Part shown: one piece after another, positions 22,758 to 35,291 of the stretch
Layout of the letters: the number at the start of each line of letters is the position of its first letter
Numbering within the stretch: position 1 is the first letter of the stretch
Source of the DNA: Aplysia californica
Taxonomy: Eukaryota
Assembly: GCF_000002075.1 (NCBI RefSeq)
Contig: NW_004797369.1
Location: forward strand, 929,623-982,870
Length of the DNA: 53,248 nucleotides
Direction: 5' to 3'
Notes under the pieces: generated by a model
Seen by the model: only the letters and a program-made list of their open reading frames with translations
What the model was told of the DNA's origin: nothing
Databases searched by the model: none
Position numbers and translations under genes: made by a program

Positions 22758-24953
22758 CTATCTACGGAGAAGCCAACGTAAAGCCTTGTAACAATCATTT
22801 AGTATTAGAATTCCAAATATTGGTAAAATCGTGCAGCCAAACACGACAAAACCAATTGAAGTACTGGATGGCCTGTGGTCTATGGCGCACATTTTACTCC
22901 TCACTCTTCTTGAGAGGTTCGCCCTAGGAACGTGGAGAAAGCTCTGGATGGCTGCCCTCTTTGAGGACAAGAATGGCATTGTCTCATTTAGCAGATCTCG
23001 ATAATTCTGAGATCCAGAAAGACATGAACATGGGCACAAGATGAATCTGATCTTTGAAATCGGGCTCTGAGATATTTCCTCGACAGTATTTTTGTTATCA
23101 TCTTTGGCTACTGTCAATATTCTACTCCAAAACTTTATGTTATCGCGAGTAGACTCTGGTGTCACCGGAGATGTTTGCTCAACAGTTTGTCTGTTATTAT
23201 CGTGGGATGCTTCCGGTATTCTACTCAAAACCGTAATGTCTTTTTCAGTAGCCTCGGGTGTCCCCTGTGTTGTTTCCCAAATAGTTAGATCGTTATTATC
23301 GTTAGATGATTCCCCAACAGTTAGACCGCCATTATCGTTAGATGTTTCCTCAACAGTTAGACTGTTATTATCGTTAGACGTTTCCTCAAAAGCTGGACCG
23401 TTGTTATCGTTAGATGTTTCCGATATTCTACTCGAAACCGTGACGTCTTCTTCAGTAGACTTGAGTGTCGCCTGTGTTGTTCCCGCAGCTGTTGTGAGGC
23501 TCTTCATGTTGGATTTCTGTACCTCTGTACTCGTCAACTGAAGCTCACAAGATGTTGTGTTGTCATCAATGGGTTGAAAGGTTACCAATGGAACGGCCCA
23601 ACCCGTTTTGTCTCGGTGAGTAGCCACAACGACACCACTGAACAAACATTCGTCACTGTTTACAAAAATTTTATTTAATTTTGTGCTCGAGGTAATGATC
23701 ATTTGTCTTGAACAATAACGATGTTCACGTTTTGCTCTTGTCTTGAACTCTTCAACAGATACTCCAATCTTAATTTCTTTTATGCACTTGCACAAAGCAA
23801 CGATTAACGTTATTAGATTCATGTCATCAAAAGGTAATATTTCAGCATGAGTTCTCCATTTGGAGAGAGGATATATAACTGTCACTGATGAGTCAAAGAA
23901 AGTGGTGTGCTTCAAGGCCACAACATACTGTAGAACTAACACAGGTGCAGAAGCGTAGAGATAAACTATCGAGTCTCCGTTTAGTTGAAAAGTGAAAAAT
24001 GTGGGAAAATCTTGAGACGTGTTCACATTTATCAGAACATTGTCCAGACCAAAAACAGTCGTCGATGGACTGGTGTATCCGATTTTAACAAACGATTTAA
24101 TACTGGAGTTGACAAAAGGTGCAAAAACGTAGCTTTGCCCTAAAGAACACACAGGGGGCAATTGCTCGACTGCCATGTCGAGTGTACTACACAAATCCCG
24201 CTGTATCCACACGCAGCTGAAATCTGTTCCTGTGATGACAGCTACTTTTCTCTCTGCCCTGACCCATGTACCTGTAAGGTCAGTCTGTTTTCCCAAAATT
24301 TGCAAAACATCTAATGGACCTAAAGATTCAGGCAAAACCTGACCGGAATGCAAAATAATATCAGTGCTTCCGTTATTGTAAATGATTTCTCTTTGTGCTG
24401 GTTGAAGGCTCAATTCAATTATGACGTCATTGGATCCATCGGGGTTAACGACAAGTAGAAAACAAAACGAAGACGAACATTCTGTGACCACTACGTATTC
24501 ATGAGATAATAGAGTAGTGGGCATTACATTAAAGGCCCCAGCACTTTTTTTAAAGTCCTCAGCCATTCTGACTTTCAAACTTTTAGCCCGAACGACCAGC
24601 TGAGATGTCGAAGTAACCATGATACCTTGACTCTTCCCTATGCCTGACATTTCAAAATGAACCAAATACTCCAGGTTCAGAAGCCATTGCTCGTTTGAGG
24701 AGGACGAAAAGTTGTGTGAATATTCCTGAGTCCGTATTTCACCTGATGCCGTCTTACGTGCGGGTGCTGTTACAGTGACCTCGATGTTCTGAACAAAGTC
24801 CTGTGAGAGGGGTGAGATGGCCAATGAAGGAATGGCGTGTTTGACATGTTTTGGAAAGGCTAAAACGTACTGAAATTGCTGGTCCGCAAAGATGCCGGTA
24901 ATAATCATAGCAAGGCACAAACACAGAAGTAATTCTTGAAATGTTGAAGCCAT
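22758..24953 (-). CDS. IgGFc-binding domain type I membrane protein, paralog 2 (731 aa, long repetitive stalk)
   Basis: Uninterrupted ORF. The first ATG is at 24953 (the ORF-track start is a GTG). Signal peptide MASTFQELLLCLCLAMIITGIFA, motifs DLTGTWVRAERKVAVITG and VEQLPPV, mucin-like repeat stalk, TM IGFVVFGCTILPIFGILIL. Confidence 0.9.
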   Translation of the reverse strand: MASTFQELLLCLCLAMIITGIFADQQFQYVLAFPKHVKHAIPSLAISPLSQDFVQNIEVTVTAPARKTASGEIRTQEYSHNFSSSSNEQWLLNLEYLVHFEMSGIGKSQGIMVTSTSQLVVRAKSLKVRMAEDFKKSAGAFNVMPTTLLSHEYVVVTECSSSFCFLLVVNPDGSNDVIIELSLQPAQREIIYNNGSTDIILHSGQVLPESLGPLDVLQILGKQTDLTGTWVRAERKVAVITGTDFSCVWIQRDLCSTLDMAVEQLPPVCSLGQSYVFAPFVNSSIKSFVKIGYTSPSTTVFGLDNVLINVNTSQDFPTFFTFQLNGDSIVYLYASAPVLVLQYVVALKHTTFFDSSVTVIYPLSKWRTHAEILPFDDMNLITLIVALCKCIKEIKIGVSVEEFKTRAKREHRYCSRQMIITSSTKLNKIFVNSDECLFSGVVVATHRDKTGWAVPLVTFQPIDDNTTSCELQLTSTEVQKSNMKSLTTAAGTTQATLKSTEEDVTVSSRISETSNDNNGPAFEETSNDNNSLTVEETSNDNGGLTVGESSNDNNDLTIWETTQGTPEATEKDITVLSRIPEASHDNNRQTVEQTSPVTPESTRDNIKFWSRILTVAKDDNKNTVEEISQSPISKIRFILCPCSCLSGSQNYRDLLNETMPFLSSKRAAIQSFLHVPRANLSRRVRSKMCAIDHRPSSTSIGFVVFGCTILPIFGILILNDCYKALRWLLRR
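23281..23423 (-). repeat. Coding 36-bp (12-aa) tandem repeat x4 in the stalk of paralog 2
   Basis: SETSNDNNGPAF / EETSNDNNSLTV / EETSNDNGGLTV / GESSNDNNDLTI. Confidence 0.9.
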
Positions 24954-26834
24954 GATAAAACAAGAGGGACGAAGAGGCCGCCAGAGCGTCGGTGTCACTA
25001 AAACCTCGACACACTCTATCTTATATTATATTTAGGTCTCACACAATGAGCTGCCCAATGTCAGTTGGCTGAACACAGGGAAGGCACAGAATACAGCCTG
25101 TTTATATAGTCTTGCCGGAAACTTTAGTTTTGAGAACCTGTCTGCCTGTGTTAGTGCGTTGAAGAACTACGTCAATTAGCGCTCACTTTTATTTCCTGTT
25201 TGCGAATATCTTCATCTGCTCAATATCTGTCTTTTGATATTAGAGATTCCTGCTTTTCGATTGTTCGGTTTGTCTATTTGTAGGACCAAAGTTCTACTTG
25301 ATGCATAAAAGCTCTTTGGCTTGAAAAGAAACTCTTGACCAACCGAAAGTGTAAGTTTTCGAAGCTGAAACAATCAAAAACTGTATAGGAAGACAAAAGA
25401 GAAATAACCAAACTGGGGTCTGGAATTTCAGCGTATTGGTCAAGTTCGTAGAAATATATCACATCAGTAATTGTAAACACCAGGTTTAGCCTTCGACTAT
25501 TGTGCAAATTAGATAGCCAAAAGAGTTGTAACCAGAAGCCCCTTAGCCAAGATAAGTACAGCACTACGACAAAATTATTGGCAAATGGTTTTGTCTGTGA
25601 GTTGTGGAAAAGGAAAATAAAAGAAGCCTACGCCATCAACACAATTAAACATCTGTCATCCGAACTACACATTGTGAACTTCACTGACTCACTGTCAGTC
25701 TTGTATGAGAAAGAAAATGACCATAATCTAAACCATGATTTGACACATACTGTTTGAATCCCACCACTTGGTAACATTCTGTGGTGTCAACCTGGTTATG
25801 TAGTGGATTCCCGAACACTGAAACACGTCTGGAAATGACAGAGCAGACACACTTGCCAAAAGGACATCTAGACAAGAACATCCCAACATTCCAACTTCAC
25901 ACAACACTGCAAAACAAATAATTAAAAGCAACAACAAACAATATTAGATGAGCAGATGTGCCTTGAGAAAGACAGGCAGAGTACAAACATGGGACTACAA
26001 TAAAAGGAAATGACACTACCAACCACCTACAGAGCAAGAAATAGGCCATTATCTTCCGACTACGAACCGAGCATTTCAACTTCCACTTGAACATTATTAA
26101 ACCAGCGCCCCCCCCTCCACACACACATGTTTGACCATGGATATGATACAGAGAATCCTCACCTGTTCCACTACACATCTTTAAATTATGACATCAACTT
26201 CACTTCTCCCTCCGAGATCGAACATTGAAAACCAAGGATATTACATTTCTGTAACCTCCTGTTGACAACACAGTCTAGTAAATCTGCACGTGTCACTACA
26301 TGGCATTTGACAGACTGACAAAAGCCCAGCTGTTGTAGGATTCGTAACAACAACAACAACAAAAACAACAAAAACAACAAAAAACAACAAAAAACAACAA
26401 AAACAACAACAAAACAATAACAGTTTAATCGGGTTTCTCTTATTTCCTTTGTCTACAAACCTTTGATAAAACCGCTGGCTATACTGCTTTCTTTATCTAC
26501 ATTACAACACTGATTTGCAAACTCTATCTTTCATTCTTACAGAGCCTAGTCGAAAAAAAGGATTCATCTAGTCTAAGTTGGACCCCTGCTGCCAAAAAGA
26601 CCAAGCCAAGACCTTTGAGCATAACAGCAATAATANNNNNNNNNNNNNNNNNNNNNNNNNNNNNNNNNNNNNNNNNNNNNNNNNNNNNNNNNNNNNNNNN
26701 NNNNNNNNNNNNNNNNNNNNNNNNNNNNNNNNNNNNNNNNNNNNNNNNNNNNNNNNNNNNNNNNNNNNNNNNNNNNNNNNNNNNNNNNNNNNNNNNNNNN
26801 NNNNNNNNNNNNNNNNNNNNNNNNNNNNNNNNNN

Positions 26835-26950
26835 AAGAAGAAGAAGAAGAAGAAGAAGAAGAAGAAGAAGAAGAAGAAGAAGAAGAAAAAGAATAAGAAC
26901 AATAATAATGATTTCAATCATAATAATAACAATAATAACAGTAATAATCA
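26835..26950. repeat. (GAA)n then (AAT)n microsatellites
   Basis: Directly visible beside a gap. Confidence 0.9.
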
Positions 26951-28167
26951 GGGGCGAAGCGTCTATATAATCAAATAATCACTGCTTCCCTTCCTAATTT
27001 TGAAACATTGTCGCTGTCAAATTCATCCTTAAACGTAAACCTCTTAAATTAAATGTAAAAGACGTTCGTAATCAACAATGAACAGTATGCCTAACATTCA
27101 AAACGGTTTCACGGCCACGGAAATAGCCTCCTCACCCCTCTCGGGCCACTCCATAAGCAGTCGCAAGCTTTGATTAAGTAAGCTTAAAGTGAGTCTGGAA
27201 GAGTCTATCAATAGAGTTGAAGGGAACATGTACATAGCAGTCCAAGCTGTTTCATTGCCACATATACCCTGTTCACCCCTTTGGGGCCACAGTTATAATC
27301 AATCTCAAGCCCTGATTATTTATGCTAACTAACGCTGGTCGAGTCTACCTCACAAATGTGAGGGGAACTAACTCCTAATAATCTCTTGACTGCTGCGTGT
27401 GCTTGTTTTTTTTCCTCGACTTTTTAACCGTCCTATAATCAGATCGTGACCTCGATTATGGCACCAGCTCCTGGCCGCGAAAGGCTAACAAAAACAGCCA
27501 AATGTGAAATTTAAAAAATGATAATTGTCATGTTCTGCCAAAGAGTTAGACTTACTGGTAGATCTATAACATATAGATCTAGATCTAGTACTGACATCTC
27601 TGCTTCTTTGCTTTGTGTTTATGTATTCACATCTAAAGTTAAATTTAATTTTAGTTGGAACTGATATTTAATAAGATACTTTCCCGATTATTTTGGCGGT
27701 TGAACATACAATATGAATTCCGGATTTGTTTTCATTCACAACTCGAGTAAGATTCTTGTGTGATATCTACAGGCCATATCTATAAGTCCCGTTTCACTTT
27801 GATTACCCTGTCAAACAAGTCAGCCTTCGCCCTTGGTAATAATAATAATAATAATAACAATAATATAGTGAAATGATACATAAAAATGATANNNNNNNNN
27901 NNNNNNNNNNNNNNNNNNNNNNNNNNNNNNNNNNNNNNNNNNNNNNNNNNNNNNNNNNNNNNNNNNNNNNNNNNNNNNNNNNNNNNNNNNNNNNNNNNNN
28001 NNNNNNNNNNNNNNNNNNNNNNNNNNNNNNNNNNNNNNNNNNNNNNNNNNNNNNNNNNNNNNNNNNNNNNNNNNNNNNNNNNNNNNNNNNNATAGCGTCT
28101 AATCACTAGTAAGCGTTGAATCAAAGGAAATTTGTCCTACTATCCTAAATTCACAATGTATAATATG

Positions 28168-28227
28168 TTTACAAAGATGATTGATTTGATGGCATATTTA
28201 CAAAGATGATTGATTTGATGGCATATT
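28168..28227. repeat. 30-bp tandem duplication
   Basis: TTTACAAAGATGATTGATTTGATGGCATA occurs twice in tandem. Confidence 0.85.
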
Positions 28228-30438
28228 GACAATTTATGGTCAAAGTAAAGACATATTTTCTCATCAAAAGCAACAATTTCAGAAACTCTCCTGATGTTAT
28301 CAATACACTGAGTTCAAACGTCCTGCTGGTGTTTCACAACAAAAGATGAAATACATAGATCTATATGGTTTGCCATTGTATTTATATACACTTTTAGAGG
28401 ACTTCACCCGAAGTGAATATTCCTTGGTCACCAGATACATGCATACATATATTATAACATTTTAATATATATTTGCATCGCCTGCCAGCTGTTGAAAAGT
28501 CAGTAATTTTGAAAGTTTTTTTTTTTTTTTTTGTTCATTGCAATTTCATAAACTGTGATATCAGTTGTATGTGCTCGAAAAGCATTTCTTTATGTAAATC
28601 ACAAATAGAANNNNNNNNNNNNNNNNNNNNNNNNNNNNNNNNNNNNNNNNNNNNNNNNNNNNNNNNNNNNNNNNNNNNNNNNNNNNNNNNNNNNNNNNNN
28701 NNNNNNNNNNNNNNNNNNNNNNNNNNNNNNNNNNNNNNGTCATTTAAAAACTAAGTGGTGTGAATGTTTCGGCTCATACGCTTATTTTACAGCCATTGTA
28801 TCTGTTCAGCTTGTGAACCGTGTCAATCAAAATACGTTTTCCCTTTTAAATAAAGTGTTTCATAGTGTTACTAATACCACGAGGTCAGAAACCACTTAAT
28901 ATTCATTCTGCACTTGAAAAATCGCAAGATTACACGGAGTCGTTATCAAGGTATTCGAAAAAAGCTAGACATATGAAACTCCAATAAGAGAAATTCAAAT
29001 GTTTGGGCCTAGTACATTTTAACATCTTTTTCTCGTGTGCACAGACAGAAGAAATGGCACACACACGCACATACTCACACACATACACACACACGTGCAC
29101 ACAAAAACACACATTTACCTTCTCTCTCATCACACGCGCAGGCATAGCAACCATTATGACTGATAACATAGAAATACATAATGTAAAACACAATATACGC
29201 AATACGTCCCGTAGCTTAGAAAAGTACNNNNNNNNNNNNNNNNNNNNNNNNNNNNNNNNNNNNNNNNNNNNNNNNNNNNNNNNNNNNNNNNNNNNNNNNN
29301 NNNNNNNNNNNNNNNNNNNNNNNNNNNNNNNNNNNNNNNNNNNNNNNNNNNNNNNNNNNNNNNNNNNNNNNNNNNNNNNNNNNNNNNNNNNNNNNNNNNN
29401 NNNNNNNNNNNNNNNNNNNNNNNNNNNNNNNNNNNNNNNNNNNNNNNNNNNNNNNNNNNNNNNNNNNNNNNNNNNNNNNNNNNNNNNNNNNNNNNNNNNN
29501 NNNNNNNNNNNNNNNNNNNNNNNNNNNNNNNNNNNNNNNNNNNNNNNNNNNNNNNNNNNNNNNNNNNNNNNNNNNNNNNNNNNNNNNNNNNNNNNNNNNN
29601 NNNNNNNNNNNNNNNNNNNNNNNNNNNNNNNNNNNNNNNNNNNNNNNNNNNNNNNNNNNNNNNNNNNNNNNNNNNNNNNNNNNNNNNNNNNNNNNNNNNN
29701 NNNNNNNNNNNNNNNNNNNNNNNNNNNNNNNNNNNNNNNNNNNNNNNNNNNNNNNNNNNNNNNNNNNNNNNNNNNNNNNNNNNNNNNNNNNNNNNNNNNN
29801 NNNNNNNNNNNNNNNNNNNNNNNNNNNNNNNNNNNNNNNNNNNNNNNNNNNNNNNNNNNNNNNNNNNNNNNNNNNNNNNNNNNNNNNNNNNNNNNNNNNN
29901 NNNNNNNNNNNNNNNNNNNNNNNNNNNNNNNNNNNNNNNNNNNNNNNNNNNNNNNNNNNNNNNNNNNNNNNNNNNNNNNNNNNNNNNNNNNNNNNNNNNN
30001 NNNNNNNNNNNNNNNNNNNNNNNNNNNNNNNNNNNNNNNNNNNNNNNNNNNNNNNNNNNNNNNNNNNNNNNNNNNNNNNNNNNNNNNNNNNNNNNNNNNN
30101 NNNNNNNNNNNNNNNNNNNNNNNNNNNNNNNCCTCGACACAATTTAGATCATCTGGGAGGCAGGACAGTTCCGGTCCATTAGGGCGGACCTAAGCCAAAT
30201 GGAATATAGTCTAATAGTATCGAAGCAAACAGACTGAGGTATCCGAACGTCCCCACTTGGAAAACTGAATCCATGTTCTGCGGGCGAAAAGCCACAAGAT
30301 TACGCCACAGATGGCTGTACGGAGTATTGAATCATATAACATAAAGGGCCCCATACAAGTTCTTAGTTTGAAAATAAACAAGATAAATAAAATATAAAAG
30401 AAGAAACAGCAAGCCAAAATCTTATTGGTCAAAATGAG

Positions 30439-32382
30439 TTACATATCGAATATCATAGTTTTTTGTTTCTTTCGTAACCCACGGTAAAGCCAATGCAAAA
30501 CATTCCAGCAGTCACTAAATATCAGACAGCCAAATATTGGCAAAAACGTGCAGGCAAACACGAGGAAACCAACTGAAGTACTCGATGGTCTGTGGTCTAT
30601 GGCGCACATTTTGCTCCTTATTGTTCTAGAGAGGTTTGCTCTAGGAACGTATAGATAGCTGCTGATGGCTGCAATCCCTGAGGATAAGAATGTCTCATTT
30701 AGCAGGTCTCGATAGCCCTGAGGCAGAAGAACACATTTACATGGACACAAGTTAGCTCTCATTTGTGGGACTGTTCTGGTATGTATTTCTTTAGTGAAAG
30801 TCTTGGTTGTGTTGACTTTAGATGCCGTTGTCTCTGTTTCTGAAGTCAGAGTTTCCCAAAATGCTTTGGCATCAGTGAAGTTGAGAGTCGCAGGAGACGT
30901 GTCTTCCAGTTGGTGTATGTTATTAAAGACAGGCGTCACAACCTCCGTGCTTGTCATCTCAGGCTCACGCGACATCGTGTCATCATTAGCTGATTTAAAA
31001 CTAGCAAGTGGAGCTGCCCAACCACTAAATGATCTTCCAAGTGCAATGATCAAACCGCTGAATGAGCACCGGTCGCTGTTTACTTGGATAGTTTCCTCCG
31101 TTGTGTGTGAAGTAATAAACATTTCTCTCGAGCAAAACCGGCATGTAGTTCCTTCATCTACGTGTTCCGGCGGTGTGTACAGTTCTTGAAACTCAACTCC
31201 AACGTCTATTTCTGTTATGCAATAACACAACGCTGTAATTACCATTTGAAACTTGATGTCGTCAAAGGGTAATATTTCTGCACGAGTGCCCCATTTGGAA
31301 AAAGGATAAAGAACAACGGCCGACGAATCAAAAGTCAAGCCAATATCATATTCAGGTAGGACAAGGACATACTGTAGCACCAATACGGGTGCCGAAGCTC
31401 TTAGATAGACCACATTGTCCCCAGACACTTTTACAGAGAAAAATGAGGAAGTATTTTGAGACGTGTTCACATTCATATCAATATGTTCCAAACCTAAAAA
31501 AGTTGTTGAAGGAGAGGTGTATGCGATTTTGATGAAGGTATCCTTGCTACCGTAGTAAAAAGGGGCAAGAACATATTCGTGTCCTAACTCAGACACAGGC
31601 GGAAGCTGCTCGATCATCATATCTTTAGTCCTGCACGAAAGCCTCCTTAAATGTACACAGTCAAAATTGGTCCCAGCGATGACAGCTACGGGATACCATG
31701 CTGTGACCCATGTACCTGTGAGGTCAGTCCTTTCGCCCAAGATTTGCAAAACATCTAATGGCTCCAAATATTCTCGTAAAGATTGCCCAGAATAGTAAAT
31801 ATCATCTATCTCTTTGTATGCGATACTACTATTTTCTGGATGTAATTTCAAGTTAATAGTGACGAAATTATCGCTTTCTGCATTCACAACAAGAAGGATA
31901 CAGTCCGCTGTTACACATTCCGTGACCACTAAATATTCATGGGATAACAAGCTAATGGGCAAAACATTGAAACTTCCAGCGCTAGTAAAACCCGCAGTTT
32001 CCCTACTTCTAGCCTGGACAGCAAGCCGAGAAGTGGAAGATACTAAGATTGCCTGCTTCTTCCCTTTGCCAGACTCCGTGAAATGAACCAAATACTCGAG
32101 GTTAAGAAACCATTGCTCGTTTGAGTTGGACGTAAAACTGTGTGTATACTCTTGAGTCAATGTTTCACCTGATGAGGTCGTATTTACGGGTGCTTTTACA
32201 GTGACCTCGATGCTCTCCTCAACTAAGTCCTGTGAGACCACCGAGATGGCCAAAGAAGGAACAGCGTTTGTGGTGTGTTTTGGAAAAGCTAGAATATACT
32301 GGAAATGTTCTTTTGCAAAGACATCTGCTATAATCACAGCAAAGCACAAATATCGCTGTAGTCCTTGAAATGTTGAACCCAT
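30439..32382 (-). CDS. IgGFc-binding domain type I membrane protein, paralog 3 (647 aa)
   Basis: Uninterrupted ORF from ATG. Signal peptide MGSTFQGLQRYLCFAVIIADVFA, motifs DLTGTWVTAWYPVAVIAG and MIEQLPPVSELGHEY, Thr-rich stalk, TM VGFLVFACTFLPIFGCLIF. Confidence 0.92.
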   Translation of the reverse strand: MGSTFQGLQRYLCFAVIIADVFAKEHFQYILAFPKHTTNAVPSLAISVVSQDLVEESIEVTVKAPVNTTSSGETLTQEYTHSFTSNSNEQWFLNLEYLVHFTESGKGKKQAILVSSTSRLAVQARSRETAGFTSAGSFNVLPISLLSHEYLVVTECVTADCILLVVNAESDNFVTINLKLHPENSSIAYKEIDDIYYSGQSLREYLEPLDVLQILGERTDLTGTWVTAWYPVAVIAGTNFDCVHLRRLSCRTKDMMIEQLPPVSELGHEYVLAPFYYGSKDTFIKIAYTSPSTTFLGLEHIDMNVNTSQNTSSFFSVKVSGDNVVYLRASAPVLVLQYVLVLPEYDIGLTFDSSAVVLYPFSKWGTRAEILPFDDIKFQMVITALCYCITEIDVGVEFQELYTPPEHVDEGTTCRFCSREMFITSHTTEETIQVNSDRCSFSGLIIALGRSFSGWAAPLASFKSANDDTMSREPEMTSTEVVTPVFNNIHQLEDTSPATLNFTDAKAFWETLTSETETTASKVNTTKTFTKEIHTRTVPQMRANLCPCKCVLLPQGYRDLLNETFLSSGIAAISSYLYVPRANLSRTIRSKMCAIDHRPSSTSVGFLVFACTFLPIFGCLIFSDCWNVLHWLYRGLRKKQKTMIFDM

Positions 32383-34599
32383 TGTGAGTCAAGACTGGTA
32401 AGGAGAATGTAAAGTGGCGCTTTGAATGATAACTCAGGTCTATGTTCTAATTATTCAAAAGACGTCACATAAATCAGTTGGTTTAAAAAAAAATTTTAAC
32501 GGAAGCAATACAATTTCTTGAAAGTATGAACGAGAAGACAGGACTTGTCCGCTCAACTTTAAAGAGCTTGAGTTGTTTCAGTATTTCTGTTTCAGCTTTC
32601 AGAAAGCGGCAGTCTATAACTGAATCCGCTTTTCATCTATGGAAATATGGAAAATTAAAACGTATGTTTTCAAAACAACGATTGAGAAGGATATGACTAA
32701 AGCAGGATATGGCTTCAAGCTTACGTTTAAAAAGTCTCTGGTGATATGATAGGAATACCTTCGTGTAGTGATGTAGCCAAGCAGATAGATGCCCCGATGT
32801 ATCATGATATGCATAAAAATTCAAATGTTCAAGCTTAACAACTCAAACTATGGTCCAAGAACTTAATGATTTGATTCAACATCACTGGCAATCCGTATCA
32901 GGAGACGTTAGTGTTGGACACTCTTGGACCTGTTGTCTTTGGAGCTATTATACGCAGTGCGAGGGAATACTTTGTCCATGATACTTTGAGTTCTAAAACA
33001 TTTTGCAGCACAATGTTCCACAGACTGAAATGTAAGACTAAGAACAAGGAATGCAGAACTTTATATTATAGTCTTAAAGAAACCGTAACTTAGAGAGCCT
33101 CCTTGCTGTCTGAGACGTGTTCCTTAGTTTCCTTGGTGAACACCATTTGTGTTACCTCTCGCTGACAGACTGTAACAGCATGTCTTTTGTTTTCCGTAAC
33201 AATAGTATGCATTCGATATGTCAATAAAACGCCATTATCATAACTTGGTGGCATGCTTTTCTTTCGTGTTTTTCCTTTGTTAGCATAATGTGATTTGAAG
33301 TCCCGTTGAACATGTGATGGCTCATCAAGGAAAGTGGAGCATTTGGTTCACCGACACAATGGGTGGTAGAGGCAAAACGTGGGTGCTCCTAATGTTGAAT
33401 CCCTGGTGCTTCCAAGAGTTTGGTTGTTTGAACAGTGAGAAGCACATCGACACAATAACAGTCATTAAGTGCACGGAAGGAGTAAGACAAACGGAAACAA
33501 GGAAGGGTGAAAAAAACTATCTGGGAAAGAATGACGACAAAGACAATACCATCAAAGACAAAAGATATCCCAATACTGCTATGTTTTTGTTTCATATGTA
33601 ATGATTCTTAACATATTTACAGAAGCATTTAAAGCAATTAGATTTTGAGAGGAAACCTTTGCTGAGTATAAAACTATCAAATACGAACAAAAGTTGGGTA
33701 ACAAAAGAAACTAAAATGCCTCGTTTAAGTAAATCTAAAAGTTTCAAAGAACAACAATGGAAATAAAGCTGAACAGTTAAGAAAATCACGAAAAAGATTG
33801 TTGAATGTTTCAAGATTATACCACAAAAGTAGTGAAAGATATCCGATCAAAGCTTATGAAAAATATGTATTCCTGTTTTAAAAAATGTTTGCCTCTATGT
33901 TTTGCTAAGAATATTGGTGTATTCTTTTTTCAAGTTGAAAATGAACGAGTGTGCGAATGAAGTACACACAATCTGATGCCGGAATAAATCGTTTTTGCGT
34001 TGGGTTTTTTCTGTAAACGGAGGGAAAAGCTGACAGGCGAGCCTGATGGAGAAGAAGAATATGTTGAAATCAGTGATAGTAAAAGTAAAGTTTATCCCCT
34101 GTATGCACAACGCCCAGGGCCATGAAAGGGATGGGTGCGGAGGGGGGGGGGGGAAGAAGAGGGCTACAGTGGGCTTGTAGCTACGTCTCTGGGGAACAGC
34201 GAAACAGAGTGCTATCATCGTCTTGAAGCGCGACGACATTAGTTGGAGATGGAAGGAGCGAGGGTAGGGAAGGGGGGGGGGGGCGCTACCTTTTACTTTT
34301 AAATTTGCTGTTTCAAACATGTTCATAATGTGAACACGAAAAAGCTAGAAGCAGTCTGTACGGGGTGATTGTAAGCACTTCAAAAACGTAATGAGGGTAA
34401 CTGACCCCAACCTTTATGTTTGTCTTAAAATATTTTGTTATGAGACATGGTTTTTATCAATTTCTGGAAAACAGCCGATCGAAACAATCCTCATTCAAAA
34501 ACGTACGGCGTTCAATTAGACTTGGCTTCTCAAGTACTTTTAGACATTGTCAAGCTATTCTCTATCAGTTTCAAAGAAGGAAAAAAACCCGTCATGCTT

Positions 34600-34617
34600 G
34601 CACACATACGCGCGCCC

Positions 34618-34648
<31 letters not shown>

Positions 34649-34793
34649 AACACATACACACATACACACCCGCAAACACACACGTGCAAACACTCACAAA
34701 CACCTACACACTACATACTACACAAACACATACACATATACATACATACATACATACATACATACATACATACATACATACATACATACATAC
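34600..34793. repeat. (CACG)n/(CA)n/(TACA)n compound microsatellite
   Basis: Directly visible. Confidence 0.9.
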
Positions 34794-35291
34794 GGGGGCT
34801 CTCGTGGCCTAGAGGTTAAGGTGTTGGCCTCTTATTCAAAGGTCCCGGGTTCGATTCCGGGTAGCGACCAAAAAATGTTCTTCTCTAAAAGTGTCTCCTT
34901 TCACATCCTTTCCTGATCTCTAACAATGTTCTGTTGTCTGCTTTCATTTCCACTTTCTGCCCCACCCCCTCACCTCCTTTGCCCCCTCCTCTGGGCTCCT
35001 GACTCATTCTGCAGCCTTTCTACTGCTACTCCTTGGCTCCTCCTTACTGTTGTCTATCTGCCACACCTAGCCTTCTCGGACAAGGGCGAAAAATCTCGGA
35101 GGGCCCGTGTGCAAGTTGCGCACGTTAAAGATCCCTTGGTGGTCTAAAATCGATAAGAGTAGGCTTCGGCCATCACCCGGGCAAAATTCAAAATTTCCTA
35201 CCAACTGAAAATATTAGGATTGTCCCGCGCGCTCATATGACCTATGCAGTTGCGAGCGCCGTAAAACACTTTACAAAAACAAAAACAAAAA
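34794..35291 (+). mobile_element. tRNA-derived SINE, family A, copy 2
   Basis: A box TGGCCTAGAGG, B box GGTTCGATTCC, body colinear with 7627-8140, (CAAAAA)n tail. Confidence 0.88.

Noticed and set aside
23092-23541. Antisense ORFs within the receptor genes (also 13836-14057, 30794-31189, 31814-32086, 39022-39231, 50852-51430)
   Set aside because: Shadow frames of the real minus-strand CDSs; their mutual similarity simply mirrors paralogy.
24954-24998. N-terminal extensions from GTG/TTG starts in the ORF track (also 39594-39659, 51781-51810)
   Set aside because: Eukaryotic gene; the downstream ATGs align exactly across all five paralogs and give equal 23-aa signal peptides.
34794-34866. tRNA gene (also 7627-7700, 40884-40955, 20420-20492)
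   Set aside because: The A/B boxes continue into repeated SINE bodies and no convincing cloverleaf was seen; these are SINE heads.
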